Assembly (NCBI GenBank): GCA_963793305.1 | Contig: CAWBZV010000010.1 | Location: 155,000-218,999 of the forward strand | From: an uncultured Gemmatimonadales bacterium | Lineage (GTDB): Bacteria; Gemmatimonadota; Gemmatimonadetes; Gemmatimonadales; Gemmatimonadaceae | Reading direction: 5' to 3' | Length of the DNA: 64,000 bases | Shown here: positions 60,785-64,000 of the stretch, piece after piece | How the letters are laid out: each line of letters starts with the position of its first letter | Numbering within the stretch: the stretch's first letter is position 1 | Program-made: the position numbers and the translations under genes | Notes under the pieces: generated by a model | The model's database searches: none | What the model was told of the DNA's origin: nothing | The model's input: only the letters and a program-made list of their open reading frames with translations

Positions 60785-61521
60785 GCGGACGGCGTCAGGC
60801 GAACGCCAATGTTGAATGCTCCGTATTTTGCGCGGCCCTCGGGCGGCAAGGGCTCGGCGAAAAAGTGGGCATACGCACCCATGAAGCTCATGCGCAGCAC
60901 TTGGGTCGCCGCGATGCCGCCGTAGATCGCGCTCACGCCCCACTTGCTCAGGCTCGACGTGCGCGCCATGTACTCGACATCGCTCACTGACCCGTTGCGA
61001 CCCAGCGTGATATAGAAGGCCGTGGTCGCGAGGCCACCGAACAGAATGCCGCGCTCGAATGTCGAGCCGCGCGGGTGGGGGATGTCGAGAATCGCCTCAT
61101 CGAGCACGGTCTGCACCGTGAGACCAGCGCTCGAAAAGATGAATTGCTTGCCCGGGTTCGTCGTGGCATCGATCCCCGAGTAGATCGTCGGGCGGCCCTT
61201 GTTGAAAGCGAAGCTCGGGTGGGCGCCGACGGCATACGAGGCGACAATGTGGCCCGTCTCGTGGAGGCCCAAGCTCGTAAAGCCTCCGGCGAAGAACACG
61301 AACCAGTTCAGGTGATGCGCGCGGGCCGCCGACTGGTGGGTGGCCGAATCGCCAGCCGCCGAGTCGGGATGCACAGCCGACGCGCTGGTCGAATCCGACC
61401 GCGTCGGCTCTTGTGCGGCCGCGAAGCGTGCCGCAAAGCCGAGGCTAAGTACGAGAAAGCGCGGGAACCTGAACCGGAGCGTCGAGGCGAGCCCGCAGGT
61501 GATCGGCGAGACGAATCGCAA
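60781..61521 (-). CDS. Exported/membrane hypothetical protein with HExGH motif (start uncertain, TTG)
   Basis: Signal-like segment ending AAA-Q; LHETGH; hydrophobic segments. Confidence 0.55.
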   Translation of the reverse strand: MRFVSPITCGLASTLRFRFPRFLVLSLGFAARFAAAQEPTRSDSTSASAVHPDSAAGDSATHQSAARAHHLNWFVFFAGGFTSLGLHETGHIVASYAVGAHPSFAFNKGRPTIYSGIDATTNPGKQFIFSSAGLTVQTVLDEAILDIPHPRGSTFERGILFGGLATTAFYITLGRNGSVSDVEYMARTSSLSKWGVSAIYGGIAATQVLRMSFMGAYAHFFAEPLPPEGRAKYGAFNIGVRLTPSA

Positions 61522-63049
61522 GCTGGAGGATGGTGAACGTTGGATTAGCGAACCCACAGCTCGGAAAAACGGAGCTCCCAGCGACGAAGAGGTTCGCGAC
61601 ACCGTGCACGCGACAGTGCTCGTCGACGACGCCGGTCTTGGCATCGCTCGCCATGCGCGTCGTCCCCATCTGGTGCCACCCGCCATTGACCGCCTCGAAT
61701 GCCGGCACGTCCTCTCCGTACGGCGGAACAAAGACTCGCCCGACGCCCGCGCTGGCGCAAGCCTCGGCGAGCAGCACGGCGCCGGCCCGCACATTGGCGC
61801 GGTCCCGTTCGGTGATCCGCCAGTCGAGATCGACGCGCGGCGTTCCGAGACTGTCACGCTCGCCATTGAGCGTGATGCGGCTCTCCCGGTTCGGCGCTTG
61901 CTCGGCCCGTACGAACACCTCGAACAACCGCCCGGTGCGGGGCGCGATCGATGTGCGAGCGCCGAGCGCCCGCAGGACGTTGCCGACGCCGCCGAGCGAG
62001 CTCCCGAGGCGCTGGCCCCAGCGCGCCGAGCCGCGCCCGCGCATGACGGCCTGGGCCAGCGCGAGCGCCGAGGCAAACGCCGGCGACTGGGCAGCTTGCA
62101 GCCAGGCGACGGGCGCGTCGCGGACCTGCTGGAGGGAGGCGCTCCACGCCAAGAGCTGCCGGTCGCGCACGACCTGCGGCGGGAGAATGAACCACGCCAT
62201 AGGCTCACGCCCGCGTCGGGCTTTCTCGTCATAGAACGAGCAATCGACACCGGGGTTGGACACGAGCACGCCGCACCGCACGTGGAGGTGCTCCATGAAG
62301 TAGCGCCCCACGAGGTCGTGATCGTTGCCGATCCGCGCCTGGAGCAGGAGCCGCGCGTTCTCGATCGCGCCCGCCGCGAGCACGACGACGCGCGCGCCCA
62401 CGGTGAATGTATTGCCGGCGAGCGTGCGCACGGTCAGCCGTTCGACGGCGGCGCCACCCGGTGTCGTCGTGATCGCCGTGACGTTCGCGTACAACATGGT
62501 CTGCACGTTCGCGGCGGCAAACAACGCCTCCTTGTACGCCGCCGAGAAATCGATGATGGGGCTGAACTGGAGGAGTCCGGTCTCGATGCGATCGGGCGGC
62601 AACGGCAACACGTGCCGGCCACCCCGCCCCGTTGCGTCGCGCATCGCGTCGGCTGGCGGCGCCACATTGAGCAATGCCCGCGCGCGATCGGAGAAGCGGT
62701 CGACTTCCTGCCACGGGATCGGCCACCCACTGTCCGACACCCAGGACCGTGCCTCGAAGTCGATCGGGTCCATAGCCCGCGTCCAGCCACCCCATCGGTT
62801 CGTGCCGCCACCGAACCGCCGTACGCGGCAATCATCGAGTCGAAAATATTGATGGCCAATCAGGCGACCGCGGTACAATGCCTGCGTTTCCGCATCGGGC
62901 TGAAGGCCGCCGCTTTCCAGCAGACAGACGCGGAACGGCGTGCCGGACAGCTCGCGCGCGATCGCGATACCCGCGGGGCCTGCACCAATAATGCAGACGT
63001 TGGTATCGAGATGCTGATCCGGTGGCAGCGTGCGACCATCGATCACCAT
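61445..63049 (-). CDS. GMC family FAD-dependent oxidoreductase
   Basis: IGAGPAG, GGGTN.W, A.GAIENARLL, GRYFMEH, HQMGTTRM, G.ANPT. Confidence 0.92.
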   Translation of the reverse strand: MVIDGRTLPPDQHLDTNVCIIGAGPAGIAIARELSGTPFRVCLLESGGLQPDAETQALYRGRLIGHQYFRLDDCRVRRFGGGTNRWGGWTRAMDPIDFEARSWVSDSGWPIPWQEVDRFSDRARALLNVAPPADAMRDATGRGGRHVLPLPPDRIETGLLQFSPIIDFSAAYKEALFAAANVQTMLYANVTAITTTPGGAAVERLTVRTLAGNTFTVGARVVVLAAGAIENARLLLQARIGNDHDLVGRYFMEHLHVRCGVLVSNPGVDCSFYDEKARRGREPMAWFILPPQVVRDRQLLAWSASLQQVRDAPVAWLQAAQSPAFASALALAQAVMRGRGSARWGQRLGSSLGGVGNVLRALGARTSIAPRTGRLFEVFVRAEQAPNRESRITLNGERDSLGTPRVDLDWRITERDRANVRAGAVLLAEACASAGVGRVFVPPYGEDVPAFEAVNGGWHQMGTTRMASDAKTGVVDEHCRVHGVANLFVAGSSVFPSCGFANPTFTILQLAIRLADHLRARLDAPVQVPALSRT

Positions 63050-63063
63050 GGTAGTTTACGCTC

Positions 63064-64000
63064 ATGGCGCTTGAAGTCACGTTTCAGGTCAATCTTGCCC
63101 CGGCGGATTTTCCGCACGCGCGCCATACGTTGCCGCATCAGCTGCGACAGTGGTCGTCCCAGGTCGACGAGTTTCTGCTCACCACGGATCTGCACCGCGT
63201 CAAACACGGTCATTTTGGCGAAGGATGGGACGAGCGACGCGCGCCGCTCGCGGCATTGATTGCCGAATGCGCGCGTGAATTTCCCAACATTCGCGCGCTG
63301 GACGTTGACTACAGCGCCGGTGCATCCCGTCGAGTCTCCGACACGTTCTTTCGGGGACGACCGGTCCCCGCGAAAGATCTGCGCGGCGCGCCGATTTATC
63401 CGTATTACTTCGGGCTCGAAGCCGCGAAGCACGACGTGGTGATCCACATCGATTCCGATATGATGTTCGGCGGCGGAAGCCAGACGTGGGTCAAGGAAGC
63501 ACTCGACCTGTTCGCGGCCGACCCCAACGTGCTCACCTGCTCGCCGCTCGCCGGCCCGCCCACGCACGACGGCACGTTGCCTGGCCAACCCACCGCCAGC
63601 ATATACCCGGCACTGCCAACCGCATTCCGGTTCCATTGGTTCAGCACACGCATCTTCGCGTTGTCCAAGCGCCGGTTCGCGGAGCGAATTGGCGGTGTTG
63701 AACCGAGGAGACCAGCGCTGCGCGGCGCGATCCGTGCGATGTTGCAGGGCAACCCGATGGCGGATCTCGCCGAGAACGTGCTCTCCGACGCCATGGCCGC
63801 CGCCGGGATGTACCGGGTCGATTTCCTCGGCTCCGGCGACGGCATGTGGTCCCTGCATCCGCCCTATCGCTCGGCGGCGTTCTATGAGCAACTGCCGGAG
63901 TTGATCGCGCGGATCGAGTCGGGTGACGTGCCGGAGGCCCAGCGCGGGTACTACGACATTAACGACGCGCTGTTCGACTGGAGTACCGCGCGCGCCGGGA
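63064..64000 (+). CDS. GT-A fold glycosyltransferase-like protein, partial (runs off window)
   Basis: Frame from ATG 63064 reads MALEVTFQVNLAPADF...HDVVIHIDSDM with a DxD motif; absent from the ORF track, consistent with no stop inside the window. Confidence 0.65.
   Translation, partial: MALEVTFQVNLAPADFPHARHTLPHQLRQWSSQVDEFLLTTDLHRVKHGHFGEGWDERRAPLAALIAECAREFPNIRALDVDYSAGASRRVSDTFFRGRPVPAKDLRGAPIYPYYFGLEAAKHDVVIHIDSDMMFGGGSQTWVKEALDLFAADPNVLTCSPLAGPPTHDGTLPGQPTASIYPALPTAFRFHWFSTRIFALSKRRFAERIGGVEPRRPALRGAIRAMLQGNPMADLAENVLSDAMAAAGMYRVDFLGSGDGMWSLHPPYRSAAFYEQLPELIARIESGDVPEAQRGYYDINDALFDWSTARAG

Overview
High-GC, very gene-dense bacterial chromosomal window, probably Gemmatimonadota (inferred from gene content and protein style, not verified by search). 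It is mostly housekeeping and envelope genes: mutM, tldD/tldE, tdh-kbl, MPG, NYN/LOTUS, yjbQ, an NtrY/NtrX-like two-component system with an OM protein, ilvE, PBP1A, M16/M20/M23/M28/C40 peptidases, an ABC exporter, acnA, a Ser/Thr kinase, aguB-aguA, MBOAT-SGNH, queCED and a GMC oxidoreductase. I saw no tRNA, rRNA, CRISPR array, integrase or transposase. The most notable items are: (1) a c-di-GMP-I riboswitch directly before a GH30-like lipoprotein; (2) a patatin phospholipase fused to a ferredoxin-like domain; (3) a 30-aa Lys/Arg peptide missing from the ORF track behind tldD-tldE, convergent with a sigma54-driven 52-aa ORF; (4) a candidate three-way-junction RNA before the NYN-LOTUS nuclease gene; (5) a cNMP-binding / pseudo-GalU / membrane GH-like operon; (6) a two-copy structured ~52-bp repeat; (7) a recurring leaderless TANNNT-N6-7-start pattern and two CTGA-coupled CTG starts; (8) D-S/T motif enrichment in secreted proteins; (9) five +1 frameshifts, four in two shared contexts, probably assembly errors. 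All calls are by eye from motifs; no database searches were run.
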